A stretch of 32,000 bases of DNA from Guptibacillus hwajinpoensis (GTDB lineage Bacteria > Bacillota > Bacilli > Bacillales > Guptibacillaceae): assembly GCF_020524165.1 (NCBI RefSeq), contig NZ_JAIVKU010000007.1, positions 169,164 through 201,163 on the forward strand, in the 5' to 3' direction. Made by a program: the position numbers and the translations under genes. Of this stretch, positions 22,915-32,000 are shown one piece after another (within the stretch, counting starts at the first letter, position 1; every line of letters begins with the position of its first letter). The notes beneath the pieces are model-generated. The model saw only the letters and a list, made by a program, of their open reading frames with translations, did not search any database and was not told the DNA's origin.

Positions 22915-24327
22915 TTAAACTTTTTCGTAAGGATGAACGGTATCAGGATAAATTTCCGTCGGATAATTGCCTGTAAAACAACCAAGGCATTGACCACATG
23001 AAGAATCTTTATCCTCTCTACCGATTGCTGTTGTCATGCCATCAGTTGTAAGGAAAGTTAGCGAATCCGCACCAATTTCTTCACACATCTCATCAACACT
23101 CATCTTCGCCGCAATCAATTCGCCTGAGTTTGAGGTATCAATTCCGTAATAACATGGGCTAATAATAGGAGGTGCACTAATGCGTACATGAACTTCTTTC
23201 GCTCCCGCTTCACGAAGCATCGTAACGATCCGTCTACTTGTTGTACCCCTTACTATTGAATCATCGACAATCACGACACGCTTGCCCTCGACAACTCCTC
23301 GAACTGGTGAAAGCTTCATCTTCACCCCTCGTTCTCTTAGCTCCTGAGAAGGCTGTATGAACGTCCTCCCTACATAGCGATTTTTAATTAAACCCATTTC
23401 ATAGGGGATCCCTGATTCTTCCGCATAACCAATCGCAGCTGAAATACTTGAGTCTGGAACACCTGTTACAATATCCGCTTCAATTGGCGCTTCTTTAGCA
23501 AGCTGCTTGCCAAGCTGTTTACGTGCCGTATGCACATTAATATTTTCAATGTTGCTATCTGGTCTTGAGAAGTAGATGTACTCCATCGAGCAAATGGCAC
23601 GAGAGATGGAAGAAGAAAAACGCTCAGATTCCAACCCGTTCTCGCTAATTATCAAAAGCTCCCCTGGTTGCACATCCCGAATATATTCTGCTCCGATTAA
23701 ATCAAATGCGCACGTTTCAGATGCCACGACATACGCGCCTTCTAGAATTCCTAAAGAAAGAGGTCTCAATCCATGGGGATCAAGAGCAACCATCATTTCT
23801 TTCTCTGTCATCATAATGAAAGCATAAGCACCTTTCACCATTGTGAGGGCATTTTTCACTTTTTCCCGCTGACTTAAGTAGCCACTTCGTTTAATAAGAT
23901 GGGCAAGTACTTCCGTATCAGACGTTGTTTGGAAAATGCTCCCCTGTCCTTCAAGCTGATGCTTAAGCGCATTGGCATTCACAAGGTTGCCATTATGCGC
24001 TAGAGCGAGGCCACCGTTCTGTGAGCGGAACACAAGAGGCTGAACATTCTCATATCCACCGCCTCCTGCGGTGGAATATCTCACATGACCAATTGCGCCA
24101 TTTCCTTCAAGCTTATCAAGATCTCCTGGTCCAAAAACGTCATTTACAAGGCCTAATCCTTTATGGTTGTAAAGTCGATCTCCATCAGTTGTTACAATGC
24201 CCGCGCCTTCTTGCCCACGATGCTGTAAGCTATGAAGTCCATAATATGTTAGCGACGCAGCATCGGGGTGACCCCAGATGCCAAATACGCCACACTCTTC
24301 ATTTAAGCCTTTGATTTCACCAAACAT
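22915..24327 (-). CDS. purF: Amidophosphoribosyltransferase
   Basis: The propeptide [11 protein letters not shown] precedes the catalytic Cys (CGVFGIWG), as in B. subtilis PurF. ATG 24327 lies 8 nt after AAAGGAG, and the track TTG at 24345 sits inside that Shine-Dalgarno. The C-terminal Cys ligands of the 4Fe-4S cluster are present. Confidence 0.96.
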   Translation of the reverse strand: MFGEIKGLNEECGVFGIWGHPDAASLTYYGLHSLQHRGQEGAGIVTTDGDRLYNHKGLGLVNDVFGPGDLDKLEGNGAIGHVRYSTAGGGGYENVQPLVFRSQNGGLALAHNGNLVNANALKHQLEGQGSIFQTTSDTEVLAHLIKRSGYLSQREKVKNALTMVKGAYAFIMMTEKEMMVALDPHGLRPLSLGILEGAYVVASETCAFDLIGAEYIRDVQPGELLIISENGLESERFSSSISRAICSMEYIYFSRPDSNIENINVHTARKQLGKQLAKEAPIEADIVTGVPDSSISAAIGYAEESGIPYEMGLIKNRYVGRTFIQPSQELRERGVKMKLSPVRGVVEGKRVVIVDDSIVRGTTSRRIVTMLREAGAKEVHVRISAPPIISPCYYGIDTSNSGELIAAKMSVDEMCEEIGADSLTFLTTDGMTTAIGREDKDSSCGQCLGCFTGNYPTEIYPDTVHPYEKV

Positions 24328-26528
24328 GGAATGGCTCCTTTCCAAGCTGCTTCAAGCTCTTGAACTGGAGCATCGAAGATATGTGTTTCATCTTCATGCA
24401 TAATGGTTAAAACACCAGTACCGGTTACTTCACCGATTAGCGTTGCTCCCGTTCTTTGCTCAAATGCCTGCTGATGTTCCCCCTTGATGCTTACAAGAAA
24501 ACGAGATTGTGTTTCACTAAAAAGGTCTGTCGTGATATCTCCGTCAATCCTTACGTTAGCTCCAAGTTCTGTACCAATGAGTGATTCTGCAAGGGCCACA
24601 CTAAGGCCGCCTTCTGCTAGATCGTGAGCTGATTCAACGAGACCATCTTGAATCGCGGTTAAAAGTTGGTTTTGGCGTTCTTTTTCGATTTCAAGATTAA
24701 GGGTAGGAGCTTGACCTGAAATCTTACCATCAAGGTACTTTTGAAGCTCGCTACCACCAAAGTCTTCTCCCGTTTCTCCAAGCATGTAAATCAAGTTTCC
24801 TTCTTTTTTAAAATGCTGCGTTGTAACATGACTGAGATCATGAACAAGCCCCACCATTCCAACAACCGGTGTGGGATATACAGCAATGCCGTTCGTTTCA
24901 TTATAAAGGGATACATTCCCACCAATAACAGGAGCATTGAGCATGCGACATGCTTCACTCATGCCATCTGTTGCTTTTTCAATTTGCCAGAAGATCTCTG
25001 GCTTCTCTGGGTTACCAAAGTTCAAGCAATCTGTAATCGCTAGTGGCTCACCACCTGAACAAACAATGTTACGCGCCGCTTCCGCTACCGCAATTTGACC
25101 TCCAACTTCAGGGTCGAGATATAAATAACGGGAATTACAATCCGTCGTCATCGCTAATCCTTTGTTTGTTCCACGTACGCGAACTACTGCCGCATCTGAT
25201 CCTGGCGCTACGACCGTATTCGTCCGTACCATATAGTCATACTGATCAAAAACCCATGCCTTGCTTGAAATCGTCGGCTGACTTAGTAGTGTATAAAGCA
25301 TTTCCTTCGCATTTTCCACCTCAGGAATTGGTTTATGAAGCTGTTGATTTTCAATATAATACTCGGGAATACGAGAAGGCTTATGATAAACCGGCGCTTC
25401 CTCTGCAAGTGCATCAACCGGTACATCTGCAACCACTTCCCCATTATGAAGAAGTCTGAACTGCTTATCTTCCGTTACTACGCCAACTTCTTTTGCTAAA
25501 AGACCCCAGCGATCTGTGATCGCTTTAATCTCAGCTTCATGCCCCTTTTTCACCACAACGAGCATACGCTCCTGAGATTCAGAAAGCATCATTTCATAAG
25601 GCGTCATTCCTTTTTCTCGCTGTGGGACTTCATCTAGATTCATCTCAAGTCCCATGCCTGCCTTGCTCGCCATTTCGGAAGCGGAAGATGTTAAACCTGC
25701 TGCCCCCATATCTTGAATGCCGACAAGCGCATCACAGTGAACAAGCTCAAGACAGGCTTCAAGAAGAAGCTTCTCCATAAACGGGTCGCCAACCTGAACA
25801 GCTGGGCGCTTTTCGTCAGAAGCATCTGTCAATTCTTCAGATGCGAAGGTTGCGCCGTGGATGCCGTCACGTCCTGTGCTGGCTCCAACATACATCACTG
25901 TATTGCCAGCTCCAGATGCAATTCCTTTTTGAATGTCTTTATGATCAATCAAGCCAACACACATGGCATTTACAAGAGGATTACCATCGTAAGAAGAATC
26001 GAACTGAACTTCTCCTCCTACTGTTGGAATACCAATGCAGTTTCCGTATCCTGCAATACCAGCAACAACTTCCTCAAACAAATACTTCACCTTCGGATTG
26101 CTCAACTCTCCGAAACGAAGTGAATTAAGAAGTGCAATCGGACGAGCTCCCATTGAGAAAACGTCACGGATAATTCCCCCAACTCCTGTTGCCGCACCTT
26201 GATAAGGCTCAATCGCAGATGGATGGTTGTGGCTTTCAATCTTAAATACGACTGCCTGCTCGTCACCGATATCAACGATTCCAGCTCCTTCACCAGGACC
26301 TTGAAGAACGCGCTCGCCTGTGATCGGGAATTTTTTCAACACCGGTTTTGAATTCTTGTAGCTACAGTGTTCCGACCACATCACGGAAAATAGCCCCGTT
26401 TCGGTGTAATTCGGCGTACGGCCAAGAATCTCTTCCACCATACCGAACTCTTCATCTGTTAAGCCCATCTGACTGTAGAGCTTCTGGTCTTTAATCATCT
26501 CAGGTGTTGGTTCATGCATGTGTGACAT
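24303..26528 (-). CDS. purL: Phosphoribosylformylglycinamidine synthase subunit PurL
   Basis: 741-aa ORF with [12 protein letters not shown]...[19 protein letters not shown]. It overlaps the purQ 3' end by 17 nt. Confidence 0.97.
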   Translation of the reverse strand: MSHMHEPTPEMIKDQKLYSQMGLTDEEFGMVEEILGRTPNYTETGLFSVMWSEHCSYKNSKPVLKKFPITGERVLQGPGEGAGIVDIGDEQAVVFKIESHNHPSAIEPYQGAATGVGGIIRDVFSMGARPIALLNSLRFGELSNPKVKYLFEEVVAGIAGYGNCIGIPTVGGEVQFDSSYDGNPLVNAMCVGLIDHKDIQKGIASGAGNTVMYVGASTGRDGIHGATFASEELTDASDEKRPAVQVGDPFMEKLLLEACLELVHCDALVGIQDMGAAGLTSSASEMASKAGMGLEMNLDEVPQREKGMTPYEMMLSESQERMLVVVKKGHEAEIKAITDRWGLLAKEVGVVTEDKQFRLLHNGEVVADVPVDALAEEAPVYHKPSRIPEYYIENQQLHKPIPEVENAKEMLYTLLSQPTISSKAWVFDQYDYMVRTNTVVAPGSDAAVVRVRGTNKGLAMTTDCNSRYLYLDPEVGGQIAVAEAARNIVCSGGEPLAITDCLNFGNPEKPEIFWQIEKATDGMSEACRMLNAPVIGGNVSLYNETNGIAVYPTPVVGMVGLVHDLSHVTTQHFKKEGNLIYMLGETGEDFGGSELQKYLDGKISGQAPTLNLEIEKERQNQLLTAIQDGLVESAHDLAEGGLSVALAESLIGTELGANVRIDGDITTDLFSETQSRFLVSIKGEHQQAFEQRTGATLIGEVTGTGVLTIMHEDETHIFDAPVQELEAAWKGAIPCLVKSKA

Positions 26529-27195
26529 GGGATTCCCTCCAGTTGCGTAGTATTGATTTAAATAGATTTAATCCATCTGCACTTCCTAACAGCTCATCTA
26601 CCGCTCGTTCAGGGTGAGGCATCATCCCAAGAACGTTGCCCTTTTCGTTTACAATCCCAGCAATATCTTCAACCGAGCCGTTCGGATTATCTGCATAGGT
26701 AAATGCAATACGATTTTCCTGCTTCAGGGTCGCAAGTGTCGCCTCATCGCAATAGTAGTTTCCTTCTCCGTGTGCAATTGGAATTGTGATTTCCTCTTCT
26801 TTTTCATAAACTGAAGTAAACATCGTTTCATTGTTTTGAACGCGTAATGTCACAGGACGACACATGAACTTCAAATTCTTATTTCGTTTCATCGCTCCTG
26901 GTAATAGACCTGCTTCCAAGAGAATTTGGAATCCATTACAAACACCAAGAATCGGTTTACCTGCTTCTGCCGCCTTTACCACTTCAGCCATAATCGGCGA
27001 AAAGCGAGCTATGGCGCCACTGCGAAGGTAGTCTCCGTAAGAGAAACCGCCTGGCAAAAGAATCGCATCATAGTTTGCTAGATTCTGCTCATCGTACCGG
27101 ACATAAACCGCTTCTTCTCCAAGCTCATCTTTGATAGCGTGATACATATCCACATCGCAGTTTGAACCCGGGAACACAATCACTGCAAATTTCAC
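26512..27195 (-). CDS. purQ: Phosphoribosylformylglycinamidine synthase, glutaminase subunit PurQ
   Basis: 227-aa class-I glutamine amidotransferase with [14 protein letters not shown]...GVCNGFQ...MPHPER. Confidence 0.97.
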   Translation of the reverse strand: MKFAVIVFPGSNCDVDMYHAIKDELGEEAVYVRYDEQNLANYDAILLPGGFSYGDYLRSGAIARFSPIMAEVVKAAEAGKPILGVCNGFQILLEAGLLPGAMKRNKNLKFMCRPVTLRVQNNETMFTSVYEKEEEITIPIAHGEGNYYCDEATLATLKQENRIAFTYADNPNGSVEDIAGIVNEKGNVLGMMPHPERAVDELLGSADGLNLFKSILRNWRESHVTHA

Positions 27196-27443
27196 TGTGC
27201 GACTCCCTCCTCGATTTCATAGGTGTAGTCTTCAATCACGGTATTCGCAAGAAGCTTCTCACATATTTCTTTAATTCGCTGATCCAGGTTCTCCGTATCT
27301 TTCACGGTGAGCTCCATGTATTTTCCGATCCGTACATCTTCCACTTCATGATACGAAAGGCTGTGCAGTGAATTCTTTACGGCACTTCCCTGTGGATCTA
27401 GAACACTTTCTTTTAACGTTACATAGACTTTTACTTTGTACAT
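27192..27443 (-). CDS. purS: Phosphoribosylformylglycinamidine synthase subunit PurS
   Basis: 83-aa ORF with [19 protein letters not shown]. It lies between purC and purQ and overlaps both. Confidence 0.95.
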   Translation of the reverse strand: MYKVKVYVTLKESVLDPQGSAVKNSLHSLSYHEVEDVRIGKYMELTVKDTENLDQRIKEICEKLLANTVIEDYTYEIEEGVAQ

Positions 27444-28156
27444 GATTCGGAGCCCCCCAGGCGAGTTAAAATTTGTTCGTACGCTTCTGTCAAATTTCCA
27501 ATATCTCTTCGAAACACGTCTTTATCTAGTTTTTCATTTGTTTTGCTGTCCCATAAGCGGCAAGTATCTGGAGAAATTTCATCGGCCAACAGTATCGTGC
27601 CTTCCGGTGTTACACCAAACTCTAATTTAAAATCAACGAGCTTTACGTCACGCTCAAGGAAGTATTCACGTAATAGCGTATTGATCTTTAACGCGCGTTC
27701 CTTTAATTCTTGAACGGTTTCTTCTGTTGCAAGTTCAAGTTCTAGCACATGATCAAGCGTGAGAAGAGGATCACCAAGGTCATCATTCTTGTAATAAAAT
27801 TCAACGATCGGCTGTTTTAGTAACTTTCCTTCTTTCACACCCGTGCGTTTGGAAAAGCTCCCAGCTGCGATGTTTCGAACGACCACTTCAAGTGGAATGA
27901 TCGAAACGCGTTTCACTAGCTGTTCAGTAGAAGAAAGCTTTTCAATAAAATGACTGTCGATTCCAGCACTTTTTAAATAATCAAAGAGCAGGCTTGTAAT
28001 TTCATTGTTTAGGCGGCCTTTGCCTGTAATCGTTGCTTTCTTCTCTCCGTTATAAGCGGTTGCTGAGTCTTTGTACGAAACCCAAACAACTTCCGCTTCA
28101 TTCGTTGCGTAAATTCTCTTCGCTTTTCCTTCGTACAACAATGCTTGTTTTTCCAT
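27431..28156 (-). CDS. purC: SAICAR synthetase
   Basis: 241-aa ORF with LLYEGKAKRIY...ISPDTCRLWD. Confidence 0.97.
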   Translation of the reverse strand: MEKQALLYEGKAKRIYATNEAEVVWVSYKDSATAYNGEKKATITGKGRLNNEITSLLFDYLKSAGIDSHFIEKLSSTEQLVKRVSIIPLEVVVRNIAAGSFSKRTGVKEGKLLKQPIVEFYYKNDDLGDPLLTLDHVLELELATEETVQELKERALKINTLLREYFLERDVKLVDFKLEFGVTPEGTILLADEISPDTCRLWDSKTNEKLDKDVFRRDIGNLTEAYEQILTRLGGSESCTK

Positions 28157-28178
28157 GGTGATCCCCTCCGATGCTTAA

Positions 28179-29471
28179 TTAAAGTCCGAGACGTTCAAAA
28201 ATCATGTCCACCGGCTTAAGGTGGTAATTGTAGTCAAAGCAATCTTCAATTTCTGCTTCACTCAGCTGATCTGTAATCTTAGGATCTGCTTCAACAAGCT
28301 CTCTAAATTGAATGCCTCTTTCCCAAGCATCCATTGCTTTTGGTTGAACAAGATCATAAGCTGCTTCACGTGCCATGCCTTTATCAATAAGCGACAGAAG
28401 AACGCGTTGGCTGTAAATCAAGCCGTATGTTCTTGTCATGTTGCGCTTCATGTTCTCAGGGAAGACCGTTAGTTTCGAAACAATTCCTGCAAAGCGATTA
28501 AGCATATAATTGAGTGCAATCGTTGCATCCGGAAGAATGACACGCTCTGCTGAAGAATGAGAGATATCACGCTCATGCCAGAGAGGAACATTCTCGTAAG
28601 CCGTTGTCATATAGCCACGAATCACGCGTGCCATACCAGTCATATTTTCAGAACCAATCGGGTTACGCTTATGTGGCATAGCGGAAGATCCCTTTTGTCC
28701 TTTCGCGAAAAACTCTTCTACTTCACGCGTTTCACTCTTTTGTAGACCACGAATCTCAACAGCAAACTTTTCAATCGATGTTGCCACAAGTGCTAGAGCC
28801 GACATGTAATGAGCATGACGATCGCGCTGAAGCGTTTGTGTTGAAATCGGCGCTGGTTGAAGGCCAAGCTTTTCACAAACATACTGCTCGATAAATGGAT
28901 CAATGTTTGCATACGTTCCAACTGCACCTGATAGTTTACCGAAACGAACGTTATCAGCAGCTGTTTTAAATCGTTCCAAATTACGCTTCATTTCCTCGTA
29001 CCATAGCGCCATTTTAAGACCGAACGTTGTTGGTTCTGCATGAACACCGTGGGTTCTCCCCATCATGACGGTGTACTTGTGTTCCTGTGCTTTTGCTTTA
29101 AGAACGTCAATAAATTTCTCAATGTCTTTGATCAAAATGTCGTTTGCTTGATTTAGCTGATAGGAGAGTGCTGTATCAACGACATCTGTTGATGTTAGAC
29201 CGTAGTGCACCCATTTCCGTTCTTCTCCAAGCGTTTCAGATACAGCTCTTGTAAAAGCTACCACGTCATGTCGCGTTTCTTCTTCAATTTCATGAATGCG
29301 ATCAACGTTGAAACCAGCGTTTTCACGGATTTTTTGAACATCTTCTTTCGGAATGATGCCAAGTTCTGCCCAGGCTTCACATGCTAAGATTTCCACCTCA
29401 AGCCACGCATTGTAGCGGTTTTCCTCTGTCCAAATCGCTCCCATTTCAGGGCGAGTATAACGTTCAATCAT
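28179..29471 (-). CDS. purB: Adenylosuccinate lyase
   Basis: 430-aa ORF with [14 protein letters not shown]... and the fumarate-lyase signature [11 protein letters not shown]. Confidence 0.97.
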   Translation of the reverse strand: MIERYTRPEMGAIWTEENRYNAWLEVEILACEAWAELGIIPKEDVQKIRENAGFNVDRIHEIEEETRHDVVAFTRAVSETLGEERKWVHYGLTSTDVVDTALSYQLNQANDILIKDIEKFIDVLKAKAQEHKYTVMMGRTHGVHAEPTTFGLKMALWYEEMKRNLERFKTAADNVRFGKLSGAVGTYANIDPFIEQYVCEKLGLQPAPISTQTLQRDRHAHYMSALALVATSIEKFAVEIRGLQKSETREVEEFFAKGQKGSSAMPHKRNPIGSENMTGMARVIRGYMTTAYENVPLWHERDISHSSAERVILPDATIALNYMLNRFAGIVSKLTVFPENMKRNMTRTYGLIYSQRVLLSLIDKGMAREAAYDLVQPKAMDAWERGIQFRELVEADPKITDQLSEAEIEDCFDYNYHLKPVDMIFERLGL

Positions 29472-29496
29472 TTTAAGTCCTCCTGGTCTCTTGTCT

Positions 29497-30609
29497 TTAC
29501 TGCCATAACTTCCATGAGTTTATTCGCTTCATCGCTTCTTCAGTTGAAGGCGCAAGAAAGTTGATATGTCCCATTTTCCGATTAGGCTTTGCTTCTTCTT
29601 TCCCATATAAATGTAGCTTTGCATCTCCAAGCTCTGAAATACTGTCCATTAGCGGAGTGATATGCTGACCGAGCAAGTTGCCCATCACAACAGGTTTTAG
29701 AAGTTCTGTGCTTCCGAGCGGTAATCCACATATTGCTCGGATATGCTGCTCAAATTGTGATGTCTCACAAGCCTCCATCGTATAATGACCAGAATTATGT
29801 GGCCGTGGTGCTAGCTCATTTACATAAATCTCATTATCTTTAAGAAATAGCTCAACTGCAAGTGTACCAACAAGATTTAGGTTATTCGCAATGTTCTTTC
29901 CGATCTCATCTGCTTTGATTTTGACCGCTTCATCTACTCGAGCTGGAACGATCGTTTGATGAAGAATATTGTTCACATGGATGTTCTCACCTATAGGGAA
30001 TGTCGTTGTTTCCCCTGTTACACTACGTGTCACAATTACGGACAGCTCTTTTTGAAACGGAACCCAACTTTCTAGAATACAAGGTACGTTCGGGAAGGTG
30101 AGAGCTTCAACATCTTTTTCCGTTTGAAGCACCCACTGCCCTTTCCCGTCATAACCACCCGTACGTGTTTTGAGGACGGAAGGGAGGCCGATCTTCTCCA
30201 GTGCATCCTTAAGATCTTGATGAGAATCGACCGCTTCAAAAGGCGCTACATGAAGACCAGAATCCTGAATCGCTGTTTTCTCAATATAGCGATCTTGCGT
30301 CACTCGAAGTAGTTCTCCACCCTGAGGCATATATGCGTTTTCTTCCAGCCATCTTGCTGTATCGTGTGTAATGTTTTCGAATTCATAAGTGATCACATCA
30401 CTTACATCAGCTAACTGACGTGCGCCATCTAGATCATCATAGCCACTAACCACTTCATGATCCGCCACCTGACCACAAGGTGAATCTTTTTTCGGTTCAA
30501 GGACGGCAATTTGATAGCCCATCTCTCTCGCCTTCAACGCCATCATTCGTCCTAGCTGACCGCCACCTAAAATCCCAATTGTACTTCCAGGTAAAATGGT
30601 TTTCCTCAT
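29497..30609 (-). CDS. purK: N5-carboxyaminoimidazole ribonucleotide synthase
   Basis: 370-aa ATP-grasp ORF with [13 protein letters not shown]. It overlaps the purE stop by 4 nt. Confidence 0.96.
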   Translation of the reverse strand: MRKTILPGSTIGILGGGQLGRMMALKAREMGYQIAVLEPKKDSPCGQVADHEVVSGYDDLDGARQLADVSDVITYEFENITHDTARWLEENAYMPQGGELLRVTQDRYIEKTAIQDSGLHVAPFEAVDSHQDLKDALEKIGLPSVLKTRTGGYDGKGQWVLQTEKDVEALTFPNVPCILESWVPFQKELSVIVTRSVTGETTTFPIGENIHVNNILHQTIVPARVDEAVKIKADEIGKNIANNLNLVGTLAVELFLKDNEIYVNELAPRPHNSGHYTMEACETSQFEQHIRAICGLPLGSTELLKPVVMGNLLGQHITPLMDSISELGDAKLHLYGKEEAKPNRKMGHINFLAPSTEEAMKRINSWKLWQ

Positions 30610-31091
30610 AAGCGATCACTACTTTCGAGTACGGTCTCTTTCATTTGCGCTCGATACGTACTAAGCTTCTGCTCGATTGCTGTATCATTGGTACTCAATA
30701 TCTGCGCAGCTAGTAGTCCTGCATTTTTCGCTCCTGCTTTTCCGATCGCAACGGTTGCAACAGGTACGCCCCCTGGCATTTGTACAATCGAGAGAAGTGA
30801 ATCTAATCCATTTAATGTGCGTGATTGAACAGGTACGCCGATGACGGGAAGAGTCGTTTTCGAAGCCACCATACCTGGTAAATGGGCAGCCCCACCAGCT
30901 CCCGCAATAATGACGTTCAAGCCGCGTTCTCTGGCCGATTCTGCATATTCAAACATTAATTCCGGGGTTCTATGAGCCGAAACAACTTTTTTCTCAAATG
31001 GCACTTGAAGCTCTTCTAGTATGTCACACGCATGCTTCATCGTATCCCAATCAGAAGTGCTTCCCATTATTACGCCAACCTTTGCGTCCAT
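30606..31091 (-). CDS. purE: N5-carboxyaminoimidazole ribonucleotide mutase
   Basis: 161-aa ORF with [11 protein letters not shown]...SAHRTP...[17 protein letters not shown] lies 7 nt upstream of the start. Confidence 0.97.
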   Translation of the reverse strand: MDAKVGVIMGSTSDWDTMKHACDILEELQVPFEKKVVSAHRTPELMFEYAESARERGLNVIIAGAGGAAHLPGMVASKTTLPVIGVPVQSRTLNGLDSLLSIVQMPGGVPVATVAIGKAGAKNAGLLAAQILSTNDTAIEQKLSTYRAQMKETVLESSDRL

Positions 31092-31136
31092 ACTATTCCT
31101 CCTCTAGTGAAGGTACTAATTAATCTAAATAGTGTG

Positions 31137-31200
31137 AAAATAAAAGAAAAGCCCGAGATAGAATTCTTCTATTTACTTAGAAGAAGCTTCTACCTCGGGC
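31137..31200 (-). terminator. Leader terminator (expression platform of the purE guanine riboswitch)
   Basis: Minus strand reads GCCCGAGGTAGAAGCTTCTTCT-aagtaaat-AGAAGAATTCTATCTCGGGC followed by TTTTCTTTTATTTT. It lies between the aptamer and the purE Shine-Dalgarno. Confidence 0.85.
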
Positions 31201-31245
31201 GAAAACACATTTGTCCTGATCTACGCGAACGCAAAACACGACTTT

Positions 31246-31320
31246 CCCCCTCATAGTCCGACGATTTATGGTCGTCAGGTAGAAACTTATGGGCCTTATT
31301 CCCAAGATTATATGAGGTAT
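31246..31320 (-). promoter_or_regulatory. Purine (guanine-type) riboswitch aptamer
   Basis: Minus strand reads CCUCAUAUAAUCUUGGGAAUAAGGCCCAUAAGUUUCUACCUGACGACCAUAAAUCGUCGGACUAUGAGGG. This matches the xpt/purE G-box (UAUAAU...AAGUUUCUACC...CCAUAAAU...GACUAUG), with C at the specificity position in J3/1 (GGA-C-UAUG). Confidence 0.93.
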
Positions 31321-31339
31321 CCTTTTTGCTCCTCTTACA

Positions 31340-31415
31340 TAGTAACAAGAGCGACGTTCAACTGTCAACGAAAAATCGAACGATGTGTTTTATATATACT
31401 GTAATGTTCGGTTTT
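31340..31415 (-). promoter_or_regulatory. pur operon sigma-A promoter with inverted PurBox pair (PurR operator)
   Basis: Minus strand carries AAAACCGAACATT (31415..31403), an exact match to the PurBox consensus AWWWCCGAACWWT. An inverted weaker box (plus strand AAAATCGAACGAT, 31372..31384) lies 18 bp away. These are followed by -35 TTGACA (31369..31364), an 18-nt spacer and TACTAT (31345..31340). Confidence 0.75.
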
Positions 31416-31609
31416 TACTTTAACTTTCCATCAAAAACAATTTTTCGACCGCATAGCTCTGGTTCTTTGGAACCTTTGGTCTCTTTAAAGACAGGCTCCT
31501 CCCGTCTTCTAACAGGCATGTAACCTTCTTCATCCATTCGTGTTAAGCAATCAGAAAGTGATTCATTTTCCTGAACTTCAAACTTCTTTTTCTTCGCTTT
31601 CTTTTCCAT
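31415..31609 (-). CDS. yebG: NETI-motif small protein (YebG-like)
   Basis: 64-aa ORF with [35 protein letters not shown], which fits the YebG/NETI family pattern. It lies directly upstream of the pur promoter, as in B. subtilis. Confidence 0.75.
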   Translation of the reverse strand: MEKKAKKKKFEVQENESLSDCLTRMDEEGYMPVRRREEPVFKETKGSKEPELCGRKIVFDGKLK

Positions 31610-31612
31610 ACA

Positions 31613-32000
31613 TTACCTCCGAATTTTTCTAACCCAGAATCCACCCTGGAAGGTACGGGGTTCATAAGAGATAACGAAAGCTTTCGGATCAAGGTCTTCA
31701 ATCGCTTTGTAGAGCTTTCTTTCCGATTTTCGCGACGTTAGCACTTGCATCACGAGACGTTCTCCCTGTCTACCATGTGCAAGATAGTGCGTAACACCGT
31801 AACCGATATCTCTTAATTTATTTGGAATATCATCTTCAAGCTTTGTTGTAATGGCATTTACGGTGATATAACCAAGGGCAAGATATTCTTCGATCTTCAT
31901 CCCAACGATAATTCCTACACCAAAACCAAGGGCGTAAGCAATAACGTTTTGGATTTGTCCAAGATTATCGAGGACGAGACCAAGTCCTATAACATATATT
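31613..32000 (-). CDS. yebE: UPF0316 membrane protein with C-terminal DUF2179 domain (YebE-like); 5' end off the right edge
   Basis: The reading frame stays open upstream of the track Met at 31900 (...[47 protein letters not shown]...), i.e. TM helices followed by the soluble DUF2179-like domain. Confidence 0.8.
   Translation of the reverse strand, partial: IYVIGLGLVLDNLGQIQNVIAYALGFGVGIIVGMKIEEYLALGYITVNAITTKLEDDIPNKLRDIGYGVTHYLAHGRQGERLVMQVLTSRKSERKLYKAIEDLDPKAFVISYEPRTFQGGFWVRKIRR

Noticed and set aside
24328-24345. Upstream TTG start for purF (MERSHS extension)
   Set aside because: The TTG lies within the AAAGGAG Shine-Dalgarno that serves ATG 24327. The shorter form reproduces the known 11-residue PurF propeptide ending at the catalytic Cys.
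25043-26128. Long plus-strand ORFs (138, 136 and 95 aa) inside purL, and similar antisense ORFs inside ligA, pcrA, yerA, purH and purB
   Set aside because: All are antisense to high-confidence housekeeping genes, have no Shine-Dalgarno sequences, and have odd Cys/His/Ser-rich composition. They are shadow ORFs.
31032-31368. ORFs 31032..31256 (+) and 31177..31368 (-) in the purE leader
   Set aside because: The region is fully explained by the guanine riboswitch aptamer, its terminator and the promoter.

Overview
This window looks like a conserved core-chromosome segment of a Bacillaceae genome (family-level call from protein content and gene order; the species is not identifiable from sequence alone). 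From my memory of the Bacillus subtilis map, it is syntenic with rlmCD(yefA)-dagK(yerQ) ... gatCAB-opuE(yerK) ... camS(yerH)-ligA-pcrA-pcrB ... yerC-yerA-purDHNMFLQSCBKE-yebG-yebE. Almost every gene is on the minus strand. Only two clear genes are on the plus strand: a Zur-controlled ZnuA-like zinc-binding lipoprotein and a small DUF2892 membrane protein. The complete 12-gene purine operon is present, with its PurBox pair, sigma-A promoter, guanine riboswitch and leader terminator. I found no transposases, integrases, phage genes, cas genes, toxin-antitoxin pairs or defence-type proteins, and all large ORFs have ordinary housekeeping assignments and normal lengths. I therefore do not claim a novel protein-coding system. 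The unexplained structure is all non-coding or small-ORF. (1) The roughly 500-bp pcrB-yerC spacer holds tandem modules of about 122 bp, with a conserved 38-nt self-complementary junction and non-homologous cores that each fold. (2) Directly beside them are five TTCCGCGA motifs phased at 20-21 bp. (3) A perfect 46-bp nested palindrome lies between the putP terminator and the gatCAB promoter. (4) Two unannotated hydrophobic small ORFs have strong or plausible ribosome-binding sites; one overlaps the purD 3' end convergently and one sits immediately upstream of putP. Start codons were re-evaluated by Shine-Dalgarno spacing for gatC, pcrB, ligA, purF and the DUF2892 gene.
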